Part shown: positions 46,864 to 55,513 of the stretch, one piece after another | Layout: every line of letters begins with the position of its first letter | Position numbering within the stretch: position 1 is the first letter of the stretch | NCBI GenBank assembly: GCA_035293285.1 | Contig: DATDOM010000066.1 | Coordinates: 20,249-84,248, forward strand | Direction of reading: 5' to 3' | Source: Candidatus Nanoarchaeia archaeon | Lineage (GTDB): Archaea > Nanobdellota > Nanobdellia > Woesearchaeales > GW2011-AR4 | Length of the DNA stretch: 64,000 nt | Notes under the pieces: generated by a model | Told to the model about the DNA's origin: nothing | The model's database searches: none | What the model saw: only the letters and a program-made list of their open reading frames with translations | Program-made: the position numbers and the translations under genes

Positions 46864-47574
46864 ATGGAATATATTTTAAAAAAAAAGCCGAAGAACTGCA
46901 CAATAATTGAGGGTTTTCCGGGATTTGGCCTTGTTGGAACAATAGCATCAGAGTTCTTAATTGAGCACTTGAAAACTGAGCAGATTGGAAAAATAGTTTT
47001 TAACCAGATTCCGGCGCTTGTTGCCATTCACGAGGACAAAGTTGTCGAGCCTTTTGGGATTTTTTACAACGAAAAATACAACCTGCTCATTATACACGCG
47101 ATTTCAGCTGCCCCAAAGCATGAGTGGGACTTTGCTGAGACAATAGCAAGAATTGCACTTGAGTTAAGCGCCGAGGAGATAATATCTCTTGAAGGAGTAG
47201 GGGCTACTGAAGACAGCGAGGGCTGCAGGGTATTCTATTACGCAAGCGATGAGAAAAGCGCAAAAGCGCTTGAAAAGCTGGATGTAAAGCCGCTCAAGGA
47301 AGGGATAATCATGGGAGTTACAGGCGCGCTTCTTTTAAGGGCAGAAAAGACTCCAATGTGCTGCTTATTTGCAGAGACCCATTCAAACCTTCCCGACAGC
47401 AAGGCAGCTGCAAAAATAATTGAAGTGCTTGACAAATACATTGGAATGGAACTCGACACAAAGCCGCTTTTGCAGCAGGCTGAGAAATTTGAAGAGAAGG
47501 TAAAGATGATAATGCAAAAAAGCCAGGAAGCCCAGGAAATAAGCGACAAGAAAAAGCTGAGTTATTTGGGATAA
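46864..47574 (+). CDS. PAC2-family proteasome assembly chaperone
   Basis: The ATG at 46864 gives MEYILKKKPKNCTIIEGFPGFGLVGTIA, the typical PAC2 N-terminal motif. Confidence 0.75.
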   Translation: MEYILKKKPKNCTIIEGFPGFGLVGTIASEFLIEHLKTEQIGKIVFNQIPALVAIHEDKVVEPFGIFYNEKYNLLIIHAISAAPKHEWDFAETIARIALELSAEEIISLEGVGATEDSEGCRVFYYASDEKSAKALEKLDVKPLKEGIIMGVTGALLLRAEKTPMCCLFAETHSNLPDSKAAAKIIEVLDKYIGMELDTKPLLQQAEKFEEKVKMIMQKSQEAQEISDKKKLSYLG

Positions 47575-47576
47575 AT

Positions 47577-49568
47577 TTAATATAATCTTCCTGGAAACAT
47601 TTGTATTCCTGTTTTTGATTCTACAATATCCACTGTTCTTTTGTAGAGGGCATTATAATTAAAATCAAATTTAGTTCCGGACTGGTATAAGCCGTATTTT
47701 TTTACCATTTCAATTGCCTTGGGCTCTCCGGCAGCAGCGTGCCTCATTATGCCTGACATTGTATCATTCATTAATATCCAAAATAGTTTACGCTGAGATT
47801 CAGGCTTGCCATCTGCGAGGGCGATGTAGTTTGTTGCCAATGAATTTCCTACACCTACTCCGCCTCCATCATGTATAGCCACGGAAGTTGCGCCATTCAT
47901 TACAGCTGAAGCGAAATTTGCCATCACATATGTGGCTATCGGGTCACTGCCGTTTGGCATTTCCCTAGTTTCTCTTTGGGGTGAAGCAACCGAGCCTCCA
48001 TCTAACTGGTCTCTTCCGATTATGATTGGAGCCTTAATCTTGCCATCTGCAACCAGTTTATTGAACAGCATCGCAACAGCAGCTCTTCCCGGCAACTCCA
48101 TGCCACCATAGCCTGCCCAGACAACTCTTCCAGGAAGGCCGGGCTCTACAGGAACATATTCTGAAGCTAAATTAAGCCAGTTAGTGGCAATAGGGTCATC
48201 ACTAAGCAAAAGTTTAGCATAGTGGTCAGTTGTCCTTAAGTCTTTTACATCGTTAGAAAGAACTTCCCATCTGAAAGGGCCCCTTCCTTCGCAAAAAAGA
48301 GGGCGCACGAACATTGGAATAAATCCTCCTATATTTTTTGCCTCATTGAATCCGGCATGCATTGCCGTTCCGACCAAAAAATTTCCATAGTCAGTAACTA
48401 TTGCCCCGCGATTCTGAAGCTCCAACATCTGCCTTGCTTGCATAACTACACTTTCCAATGATTTTTCGAGATATTCCTTAGGTGAGTTATTTCTCTTGTC
48501 AAGAGCTTGTTCCGGAGTCCAGCCAACAGGACAGTAAAAGAAATTTTTGTAAGTGTTTTTTCCTTTAGTGTTTGTTTGCAATACTTCGTGAATTGAAGAT
48601 TGGGATGTTACAAAATGAGGAGTTATTTGTTTTTCAACCAGATAATTCAATAAATCAACAGCATTGGTATGAACTCCTATAGATATTGCTTCGTCGCGTT
48701 CAGCATATTCTCTTGCTATCGCAAAAGCTTCATCTATGGTTTTTGCTTTTTTATCCAGATATCCTCTGGATATTGTTTCGTCAATTCTTTCTTCAGAAAC
48801 TTCTGCTATCATAGCGATTTTGTTTTGTTTTCCGCTGGTTGGGCTTGTTACCATTGTGAATGCAAGCGGCTGAGCCCCGCTCATATGCCCCAGCCCTTCT
48901 GAAACCATTAAGCGCTGCTCTAATTTACTCATTGAAGAATATTTTGGAGATATTTCTGCGACCTCTACTGCCTTACCTGCAGTTTCATAAGTTCCCTGTG
49001 CGATGCCTTGAAATCCCATATAAATCCAGCTTCCTGCCGTCATTTGGCCAAAAGATATCATTCCTGCAGCCTGATATTGTGGGAAAAATTCTGCCCAGTT
49101 TCCAACCATCATAGAATTTGCAATGATAACTCTCGGCTTGTCTTTGCCACGAAAATTGCCCCCAATAAAATAGTCTCCTCCTGCAGATACGTGAAGAGTT
49201 TCATATGGTTTAAGGTTTCTTAGAGAGAGCTGTATATTGTTAAAATCTTGCCAATTTCTGGCTGCCTGTCCTGTCCCTCCATAGATAATCAGACCTTCGG
49301 GGTCATCACCATGGCACAAATTACTAATCATTGCCCTCAATAAGGCTTCAGTTGGCCAGCCAGCTTTTGTCGTAGGACTCAAAGCAGATTTTCCCCTCGG
49401 AAGGGGGTTTTTTTCGCGGTCTTTCCAATCAACTTTAGATAAAATTTTGAAATCATCTGGCATAGAATTAATCCTGTATCTTTCCTCAGGATCAGATATT
49501 GCCCTTTGGCCAGCGATAACTTGTCCGTATGCAGTTAACTGTTCTAAATTAGTAATTAGTATCCCCAT
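47577..49568 (-). CDS. hutU: urocanate hydratase
   Basis: 663 aa. IYGGTGQAARNW, GQMTAGSWIYMGFQGI, GLGHMSGAQP and RDQLDGGSVASPQRET motifs. Confidence 0.85.
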   Translation of the reverse strand: MGILITNLEQLTAYGQVIAGQRAISDPEERYRINSMPDDFKILSKVDWKDREKNPLPRGKSALSPTTKAGWPTEALLRAMISNLCHGDDPEGLIIYGGTGQAARNWQDFNNIQLSLRNLKPYETLHVSAGGDYFIGGNFRGKDKPRVIIANSMMVGNWAEFFPQYQAAGMISFGQMTAGSWIYMGFQGIAQGTYETAGKAVEVAEISPKYSSMSKLEQRLMVSEGLGHMSGAQPLAFTMVTSPTSGKQNKIAMIAEVSEERIDETISRGYLDKKAKTIDEAFAIAREYAERDEAISIGVHTNAVDLLNYLVEKQITPHFVTSQSSIHEVLQTNTKGKNTYKNFFYCPVGWTPEQALDKRNNSPKEYLEKSLESVVMQARQMLELQNRGAIVTDYGNFLVGTAMHAGFNEAKNIGGFIPMFVRPLFCEGRGPFRWEVLSNDVKDLRTTDHYAKLLLSDDPIATNWLNLASEYVPVEPGLPGRVVWAGYGGMELPGRAAVAMLFNKLVADGKIKAPIIIGRDQLDGGSVASPQRETREMPNGSDPIATYVMANFASAVMNGATSVAIHDGGGVGVGNSLATNYIALADGKPESQRKLFWILMNDTMSGIMRHAAAGEPKAIEMVKKYGLYQSGTKFDFNYNALYKRTVDIVESKTGIQMFPGRLY

Positions 49569-49623
49569 TCCTGGGAAAAATAAGAAGTTTTTATAGTTTT
49601 CTACCTAAAAGAAATAACAAATT

Positions 49624-50505
49624 TCAAAAATATAATTTATCAAAAACTGATAGATATTTTCTTGTCAAATCATCATGCAAATCAATCGCTTTTCTTCCTT
49701 TTCCCATCATCAAACTGACAAATGCGAAAGCGATGTCGTGAAGCCCGTTTCTTGCAGGCTCAAAATCAAGCACATCCTTAATCGACGAGCCGATGCCGGC
49801 AATGTTGTGATTTTTTATTGTATTTGCCCACTCAACTGAAAATGCAAATGCCTTTGCCTCCTCGTCGTGTTTGTTTGAGAGTGTCGGAGTTAAGATATGC
49901 CCTATTTCGTGGCCAATGACGAGCATAACTGCATCAAGGGAATTTTCCCTTATAAAAATTTCTTTTGTTTTGTTGAGAGAGAACCCAAGGATTCCATTAT
50001 TCCATTTTCCAAATACAGAATGAGCTAACTTGAAGTCTGAATCATTTAGCAAGTATATTGCCATTTTTGGCATTTTCTTATCCATCATAAGCTCAAAGGT
50101 TTCTTTTACCGCATCAATAATTTCAGTTTTGTCGTCGACAAATTTGGTTTTTGGCCGAGACGGCAGAAGAAAAACCTCAGGTGTAAATGAGTGGTAAAAA
50201 GATTCGGAAGATTCCTTATATGAGAAAATATAGAAGCCGTTAGTACTAACTCTCACTTTTGGCGCTGAGTAGTTTAAATCAGGATTTTCTTTGGATGAAT
50301 CTACCCCATAAACGGGCCGGTTTACCAGTAAGTACCCCGTGTCAGGAGCAGACTGTCCAAAATAACTGTTTAGTCTGTACTCCAAAGGCAAGTTTGAGTA
50401 ATCCATGGATTTGGATAAGATAACTGAAATAAAAGCCTTTGCGAATCTGAGGTTATAACCCTTATAAGCCCCAAATTTAGCCTTAATAGACTTTTTAATT
50501 GCCAA
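49624..50505 (-). CDS. ImmA/IrrE-like HExxH metallopeptidase
   Basis: TTG start. VIGHEIGHILTPTLSNKHDEEAKAFAFSVEW fits the HEhGH...E-EA-x-FA pattern of COG2856 peptidases. Confidence 0.6.
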   Translation of the reverse strand: MAIKKSIKAKFGAYKGYNLRFAKAFISVILSKSMDYSNLPLEYRLNSYFGQSAPDTGYLLVNRPVYGVDSSKENPDLNYSAPKVRVSTNGFYIFSYKESSESFYHSFTPEVFLLPSRPKTKFVDDKTEIIDAVKETFELMMDKKMPKMAIYLLNDSDFKLAHSVFGKWNNGILGFSLNKTKEIFIRENSLDAVMLVIGHEIGHILTPTLSNKHDEEAKAFAFSVEWANTIKNHNIAGIGSSIKDVLDFEPARNGLHDIAFAFVSLMMGKGRKAIDLHDDLTRKYLSVFDKLYF

Positions 50506-50940
50506 AATAGGGATAAATTCCTAGTGCCTAACTTTTCAATTGACACTCACTTTCGAGTATATGGGGTTCATGAAAATAAGTTTGGCAGCTGTAAAAGGGG
50601 GTAAAAGAACTAAATAAATTCTAAATCGTTAATAGTCCACGCGCCTAGTAAGAGGCAAGCCAGTACATCAGTCCCACTCATTGTCAAGGCACCATATCTT
50701 AAAGGTTTTAGTCTACCCTATTTCATTCGGATAGGGAGGGCAATTTGGGACTTTCAAAAAATTAAGAATTATGGCTTATCTCTTTAAGCTGCCCTGTAGA
50801 TCAAATCTGCCCCCCTGCCAGTATTCTTTTTTACCGGATTTATGAGTCAAACCATAAACTAAGAAAACTACATGAGTCACTTCCTGCTTTTAACTCTCAC
50901 TTCTTATGAGTAAGATTCATACTGAAAGTCTTCTTACAAC

Positions 50941-51130
50941 CATTTTTAGTTGCCTAAATGGATATTTAAAAAAATATAATATAAAGATTATGTTATAAAA
51001 TATATTAATTAACAAATAGTATATAACATAATTTTTATTAAATAACTTATAGAATAATATCTTTGAACAAATTAATTAAACTAAATTATTTAATAATTAA
51101 TAGTATATTTTAGTTATTTCTGAGTTTTTA
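50941..51130. other. extremely AT-rich non-coding block (possible DNA-unwinding element)
   Basis: About 190 nt of almost pure A/T with repeated ATAGTATAT(A/T). No ORF. Confidence 0.3.
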
Positions 51131-51311
51131 TGAGTAAAAATAGAATTTTTGAGAAAGCCAATGAAACAAAAAAATTTCGATAAAAAATCGAAAAATCATT
51201 CAGAAAAATTTGGCGGGTTTTTGTAATTTGACGTCTTTAAAATAAAAACAAATCCATAAAAAAATATTGCAATTACAAAAATTTATAAATCACCTATTGT
51301 GTGATTTTCCA

Positions 51312-51467
51312 ATGGACGAAAGACAGTGCAAAAAATGCAAGGCAAACATGCACAAAAAAGGCGTGATGCAGAGCGGAAATTCAAAATACGAGATTTACAT
51401 TTGCAATGAATGCGGAAGCGAAGAAATGAAGGCAATCAGTGTGAATGAAAAATATCACCGTCAGTAA
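51312..51467 (+). CDS. small Zn-ribbon protein (51 aa)
   Basis: CKKC...17 aa...CNEC. The ATG at 51312 is preferred over the TTG at 51267. Confidence 0.5.
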   Translation: MDERQCKKCKANMHKKGVMQSGNSKYEIYICNECGSEEMKAISVNEKYHRQ

Positions 51468-51665
51468 TTCTAAAATTTGCCTTATTTGTTCGAAGAATTT
51501 ACCCTACTTAAAGGTTCAGAATAAGGTATCGGATTGATTTTCTCGATGACAAAACTCAAGATGGTTTATTTTTGCAGATTTTTAGGTAAAAAAGAGTTCG
51601 CCTAATACGCATTATGCGAAGTTTTATATACTAGTATACACATCTTATGCAAAAAAGGTGTCTGA

Positions 51666-52481
51666 ATGCTTGGTATTCTAGAAACAGAACTTAAAATCAG
51701 GGGATTTAGCGATAGAACAGTGCAAAGTTATCTGGCACATAACAAGAGTTTTCTCCAGTTTATAAATAAAGAGCCTCAGCTGGCGGATACAAGTGATGCA
51801 AAAAGATACCTTGCGTATTTGATGTCAGACCGAAAATACAGCCCAAGGAGCGTAAATCTTGCCCTAAGTAGCGTGAAGTTCCTTTTTAGGGAGATCTTGC
51901 AAAACACGGCCTTTAATGCAGTCAGGGCACCAAAGATAGAGAAAAAGATCCCGACAGTTCTCTCAAAAGATGAGATAAGGAAGCTTTTGGACGCTGCAGT
52001 TAACCCAAAACACAGGCTTTTGATTAAGTTTCTTTACTCGACAGGCATGCGTGTGAGTGAATGTGTAAATATTCAAATTGATGACCTGGATTTTGATGAA
52101 AAAATCGGCAAAATAATGCACGGAAAAGGCAACAAGGAAAGGTATTTGATACTTTCTGAAGGACTTATCAAAGATCTCAAAAGCTACCTTGAGACCAAAA
52201 AAGACAATGGAGATTATGTGTTTTCAGTTAAAGGCAGTCCAATCACGACAAGACAGGCACAAAAAATTGTGAAGGAAACTGCAAAGAAAGCAGGCATAAA
52301 GAAGAGGGTTTTCTGCCATGCCCTGAGAAGCAGCTTTGCGACACATTTGCTTGAATCCGGGACGGACATAAGGGTTATACAGGAGCTTTTAGGGCATGCT
52401 GATCTTTCTACCACTCAGATTTACACAAAGGTGTCAACTGAGCAGCTAAAAAAAGTGAAAAATCCTCTTGATCAGCTATAA
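51666..52481 (+). CDS. xerA: tyrosine recombinase, XerA/XerC-D-like
   Basis: 271 aa. N-terminal SAM-like domain (RTVQSYLAHNKSF), catalytic residues in STGMRVSE, HALRSSFATHLL and LGHADLSTTQIYT. Confidence 0.85.
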   Translation: MLGILETELKIRGFSDRTVQSYLAHNKSFLQFINKEPQLADTSDAKRYLAYLMSDRKYSPRSVNLALSSVKFLFREILQNTAFNAVRAPKIEKKIPTVLSKDEIRKLLDAAVNPKHRLLIKFLYSTGMRVSECVNIQIDDLDFDEKIGKIMHGKGNKERYLILSEGLIKDLKSYLETKKDNGDYVFSVKGSPITTRQAQKIVKETAKKAGIKKRVFCHALRSSFATHLLESGTDIRVIQELLGHADLSTTQIYTKVSTEQLKKVKNPLDQL

Positions 52482-52512
52482 AATTAAAACTTTTAATAAA
52501 AAATAAAAAGAA

Positions 52513-53064
52513 TTAAAATCCAAACTCCTGCAAGCTGAACTGCAAGATGTTTTCTTTTGTCTGCAGAGTCTTGAATTCCTTATCAAGCCTCAAGTGCGGC
52601 TTAAGGTTGATATAGCGCTTTATTACAGGAACTCCCTTCTCGATAAGCGAAGTCACGTAGCTTGCCGCAAGATGTTCAGAAATCCCAAGTCTTTGCGCAA
52701 TATCTCCGTAAGTGACTGCGCCTTTCTCCTCTTCTAAAGTGTAGATTACCAAAAAAACTTCCTGCTCTTTTCTGTCAAGCCTTTTTACGTTAAATTCTTT
52801 TTTTCTTTCAGACGGCACCCCTGAACTGGCCTCAATATACATCTGAAGATTGTCAACTCTTGAGCTAAGCCTGTCAAGCTTGTTTTCAAGCTCGCAGATG
52901 TACTCAAAATTTGAAGAAATCTCATTAGTGTTCTCGTTAATTGACTGCAAATGCTCGTCAAACTCGTGCCTGATTTTCGTAAATTCAAGCTTTAGCATCC
53001 TGTTTAGCCTGGATATCTCCAGCCCCACCCCTCTAAGAAAAATTTTTCCTAAAATACCAATCAC
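52513..53064 (-). CDS. coiled-coil plus winged-HTH protein
   Basis: 183 aa. C-terminal QEVFLVIYTLEEEKGAVTYGDIAQRLGISEHLAASYVTSLIEKGVPV. Confidence 0.6.
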   Translation of the reverse strand: MIGILGKIFLRGVGLEISRLNRMLKLEFTKIRHEFDEHLQSINENTNEISSNFEYICELENKLDRLSSRVDNLQMYIEASSGVPSERKKEFNVKRLDRKEQEVFLVIYTLEEEKGAVTYGDIAQRLGISEHLAASYVTSLIEKGVPVIKRYINLKPHLRLDKEFKTLQTKENILQFSLQEFGF

Positions 53065-53107
53065 CCCCCAACCTCAACCAACGATGAGGGGTTTAAAAAA
53101 GTTTCGT

Positions 53108-53797
53108 TTAAGCCTGATTTGACCTCGACAATTTGTAGATGTAGTGTATTTCTTTGCCTTCCTTAATTACTGCAATTTCACCAGATTCTGCTATTTCATC
53201 CATTAAGCGGTAAAATGAGCTTTTTGAGCAAAATTTCTGCTCGTCAACGACCATTTCCTTAAGTTTTAGGGAAGATATTTTTCCATATTTTTTAATGTAG
53301 GAGATTGCCATGCTCTTGACGTATTCCTTTGAATTTCTTGTGATGTTTTTGATGATTTTTTCCTTTATTGAGTACTTTTTGTCTTCAAGCCTTTCAAGCC
53401 TTCTTTTTATAGTCGTCAAATCCTCACTTGGTTGCACAGGAATTTCTCTTTGCACTGCCCGAACAGGCTGCATTTGGGCCTGTGGCACCCTCACTCTTGA
53501 AAGCTCTTCAACCCTATAATTCAAGTCCCTTAGCTTTGCCATTATGCCTTCAAATGAGTAATAATCGTCAATTATTTTTCTTATTTCTTCTCTTGTTTTT
53601 GGCATGTAATTCAACTCATTTTTCATCTGCCTAATGACGTCTTCTTGCTCTAATGATTTTTTGTAAAAAAAGTTGACCCATTCAAAGAGGTTTGAGGTAT
53701 CTTTTTTGACATTTGAAAATGACTTTTTTACAATCAAGTTAATCTGCATGAGTCTCTTTTCTGTTTCAATATTTTTTTGCTCCTTTTTCCAAAACAT
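53108..53797 (-). CDS. coiled-coil plus winged-HTH protein
   Basis: 229 aa. C-terminal KISSLKLKEMVVDEQKFCSKSSFYRLMDEIAESGEIAVIKEGKEIHY. Confidence 0.6.
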   Translation of the reverse strand: MFWKKEQKNIETEKRLMQINLIVKKSFSNVKKDTSNLFEWVNFFYKKSLEQEDVIRQMKNELNYMPKTREEIRKIIDDYYSFEGIMAKLRDLNYRVEELSRVRVPQAQMQPVRAVQREIPVQPSEDLTTIKRRLERLEDKKYSIKEKIIKNITRNSKEYVKSMAISYIKKYGKISSLKLKEMVVDEQKFCSKSSFYRLMDEIAESGEIAVIKEGKEIHYIYKLSRSNQA

Positions 53798-53837
53798 AAA
53801 AACAGATAAATACTAATTATTATTTAAATATATTTAT

Positions 53838-53947
53838 TTCTGGGACTATCTTGGGACTATGCTGGGACTGGATTGGGACTATCTTTAGATGTCAAAATAA
53901 TTTTCTGGGACTATCTTGGGACTATGCTGGGACTGGATTGGGACTAT
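53838..53947 (+). repeat. iteron array: two exact 45-bp units, each with four TGGGACT heptamers at 11-bp phasing
   Basis: TTCTGGGACTATCTTGGGACTATGCTGGGACTGGATTGGGACTAT occurs at 53838-53882 and again at 53903-53947. Heptamers start at 53841/52/63/74 and 53906/17/28/39. Confidence 0.85.
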
Positions 53948-54472
53948 AATTTTTTAATAGAATTAAAGTAAGTTTTAGAAAAATTGATAGGTCATTCAAA
54001 GATAGTTCAAAAAATTGGACAAAAAAATGGATTGATTTTGGCAAGATTTTTGCAATAAAAAACAAGGGAAAAATGGTATAAAAGGACCTTATAAAAGCCG
54101 CAAAAAAGAGGAGCTTTTAAATGAAATTTTGTGGGAATTTGGCTTTAAAATAGGCTGAATTCTGCAGAAAAGAAGGTTAAAAGTGAGAACCAATGTGAGT
54201 CAACTTGGTCGATATAAGGGCTATTTTAGCCTAGGAATGGTATTTTCAGCCATATTCTTAGATAAATAAGGATGTAAAGGTGATTTACGAGCAAAAAGTG
54301 AGGTTTTAAGATTTATTTTCTATATAGAAAATTTAAATATTTATATGTAAAAAGGCAAAGCAGCGGGAAGAAGAGAGATTTGACGAGATTTATTGAGATA
54401 TTATTTACAATATTGAAAAAATATAAACAAATATAAATATAAGAAGTTTACTCATGAAAAGTGAGAGTTCAA

Positions 54473-55111
54473 ATGAGTAAAAAGATGTCAAAATCGGCCT
54501 TGGCTATTATTTTATCACGATTAGAAGGGTTTTCTAAGCCAAAAGTGGACCAGGAGCAGTATGTAACAGACAGTGAAGTGGCTGCATTTAACCTCTGGAA
54601 CGCCTATATATTGGGAGATATAGAAGAAAAAGAGATAGCTGACATTGGGTGCGGCACTGGAATTCTTGGTATAGGGACCCTAGTGCTTGGCGCAAAGAAG
54701 GTCTTCTTTGTGGACTCTGACAAAAGTGCCCTGGAAACGCTAAAAATCAATATTTCAAAGGTGAGAAGTGAGGGTTACATCATAAATGGTGCCTTTGAAA
54801 TCATGAATAAGGATATAAAAGACCTGGATTTTAAGGCAGAGGTAGTAGTACAAAACCCGCCTTTTGGGACCAAAAACAAGCATGCCGACGTCATATTTCT
54901 TGAAAAGGCACTAAAAACAGCCAAAATTATCTATTCATTCCATAAAAGCGAGACTAAGTCATATATAAACAAGTTTTGCAATGAGAAAGGCGCAAAAATT
55001 ACCCATGTTTGGGACTTTGACTTCCCACTCAAATCTACCTATAAGTTTCATAATAAGAGGATTCACAGAATAAATGTAAGCTGCTTTAGGATAGAATCAG
55101 GTCATTTATAA
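54473..55111 (+). CDS. METTL5/COG2263-type N6-adenine RNA methyltransferase
   Basis: DIGCGTGILGIG and the VVQNPPFG catalytic motif. The ATG at 54473 is preferred over the GTG at 54461. Confidence 0.75.
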   Translation: MSKKMSKSALAIILSRLEGFSKPKVDQEQYVTDSEVAAFNLWNAYILGDIEEKEIADIGCGTGILGIGTLVLGAKKVFFVDSDKSALETLKINISKVRSEGYIINGAFEIMNKDIKDLDFKAEVVVQNPPFGTKNKHADVIFLEKALKTAKIIYSFHKSETKSYINKFCNEKGAKITHVWDFDFPLKSTYKFHNKRIHRINVSCFRIESGHL

Positions 55112-55234
55112 GCTATTAAATATATTTACATGGGTTCTTGATCTCGTATAATGAAAAGTGAGTTCAGATAAGGTAAGTAGCCAAATTTCAGGCTTTCCAA
55201 AAGCTTTTTAAATAGATTTAGGTTTCTTAAATAA

Positions 55235-55513
55235 ATGGAAATAAAAGTTCTCGACGATAAAAAAAACAAATTAATCGTGGAAGTCAAAGGTGTTGACCAC
55301 ACTCTGTGCAATGCACTAAAGACCGAGCTTTATAATGACAAGCACGTCAAGATTGCAACTTACAGCATAAGGCATCCTCAGATAAGCATACCACAAATAA
55401 TTGTTGAGACTGATGGAGAAGTGAGTCCTAAAAACGCGCTGATTAGCGCTGTTGACCGCATGCACAAAGTTAATGACAAATTCAGGAAAGAAGTTGCAAA
55501 AGAAATAAAGTAG
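55235..55513 (+). CDS. rpoL: DNA-directed RNA polymerase subunit L (Rpo11)
   Basis: 92 aa. KLIVEVKGVDHTLCNALKTELYNDKHVKIATYSIRHP. Confidence 0.85.
   Translation: MEIKVLDDKKNKLIVEVKGVDHTLCNALKTELYNDKHVKIATYSIRHPQISIPQIIVETDGEVSPKNALISAVDRMHKVNDKFRKEVAKEIK

Larger units (their letters stand above)
49579..54449. mobile_element. putative integrated plasmid/provirus-like island (boundaries tentative)
   Basis: Holds an ImmA-like protease, Zn-ribbon, tyrosine recombinase, two wHTH genes, an AT-rich block and iterons, all inserted between hutU and a housekeeping methyltransferase. An 11-bp direct repeat ATAAGAAGTTT lies at 49579 and 54439. Confidence 0.4.

Noticed and set aside
50583-50832. Minimal RNase P RNA on the minus strand, suggested by GAAAGTCCCA (like the CR-I GAAAGUCC), AUAGGGUAG, GGUGCC, GGACUAU (like the GGCUUAU of CR-V) and pairing 5'/3' ends. 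The Rpp21 subunit is encoded at 32338.
   Set aside because: The GAGGAAAG and ACAGAA conserved elements are missing and there is no S-domain. The GGGACT-containing matches coincide with the TGGGACT(AT) iteron motif repeated 8 times at 53.8 kb, so they are more simply DNA-binding sites. I keep this only as something for an Rfam RF00373 cmsearch to settle.
53838-53947. CRISPR array.
   Set aside because: There are only two 45-bp units with a 20-bp spacer and internal 11-bp heptamer periodicity. No cas genes were seen in the window. Iterons or operators fit better.
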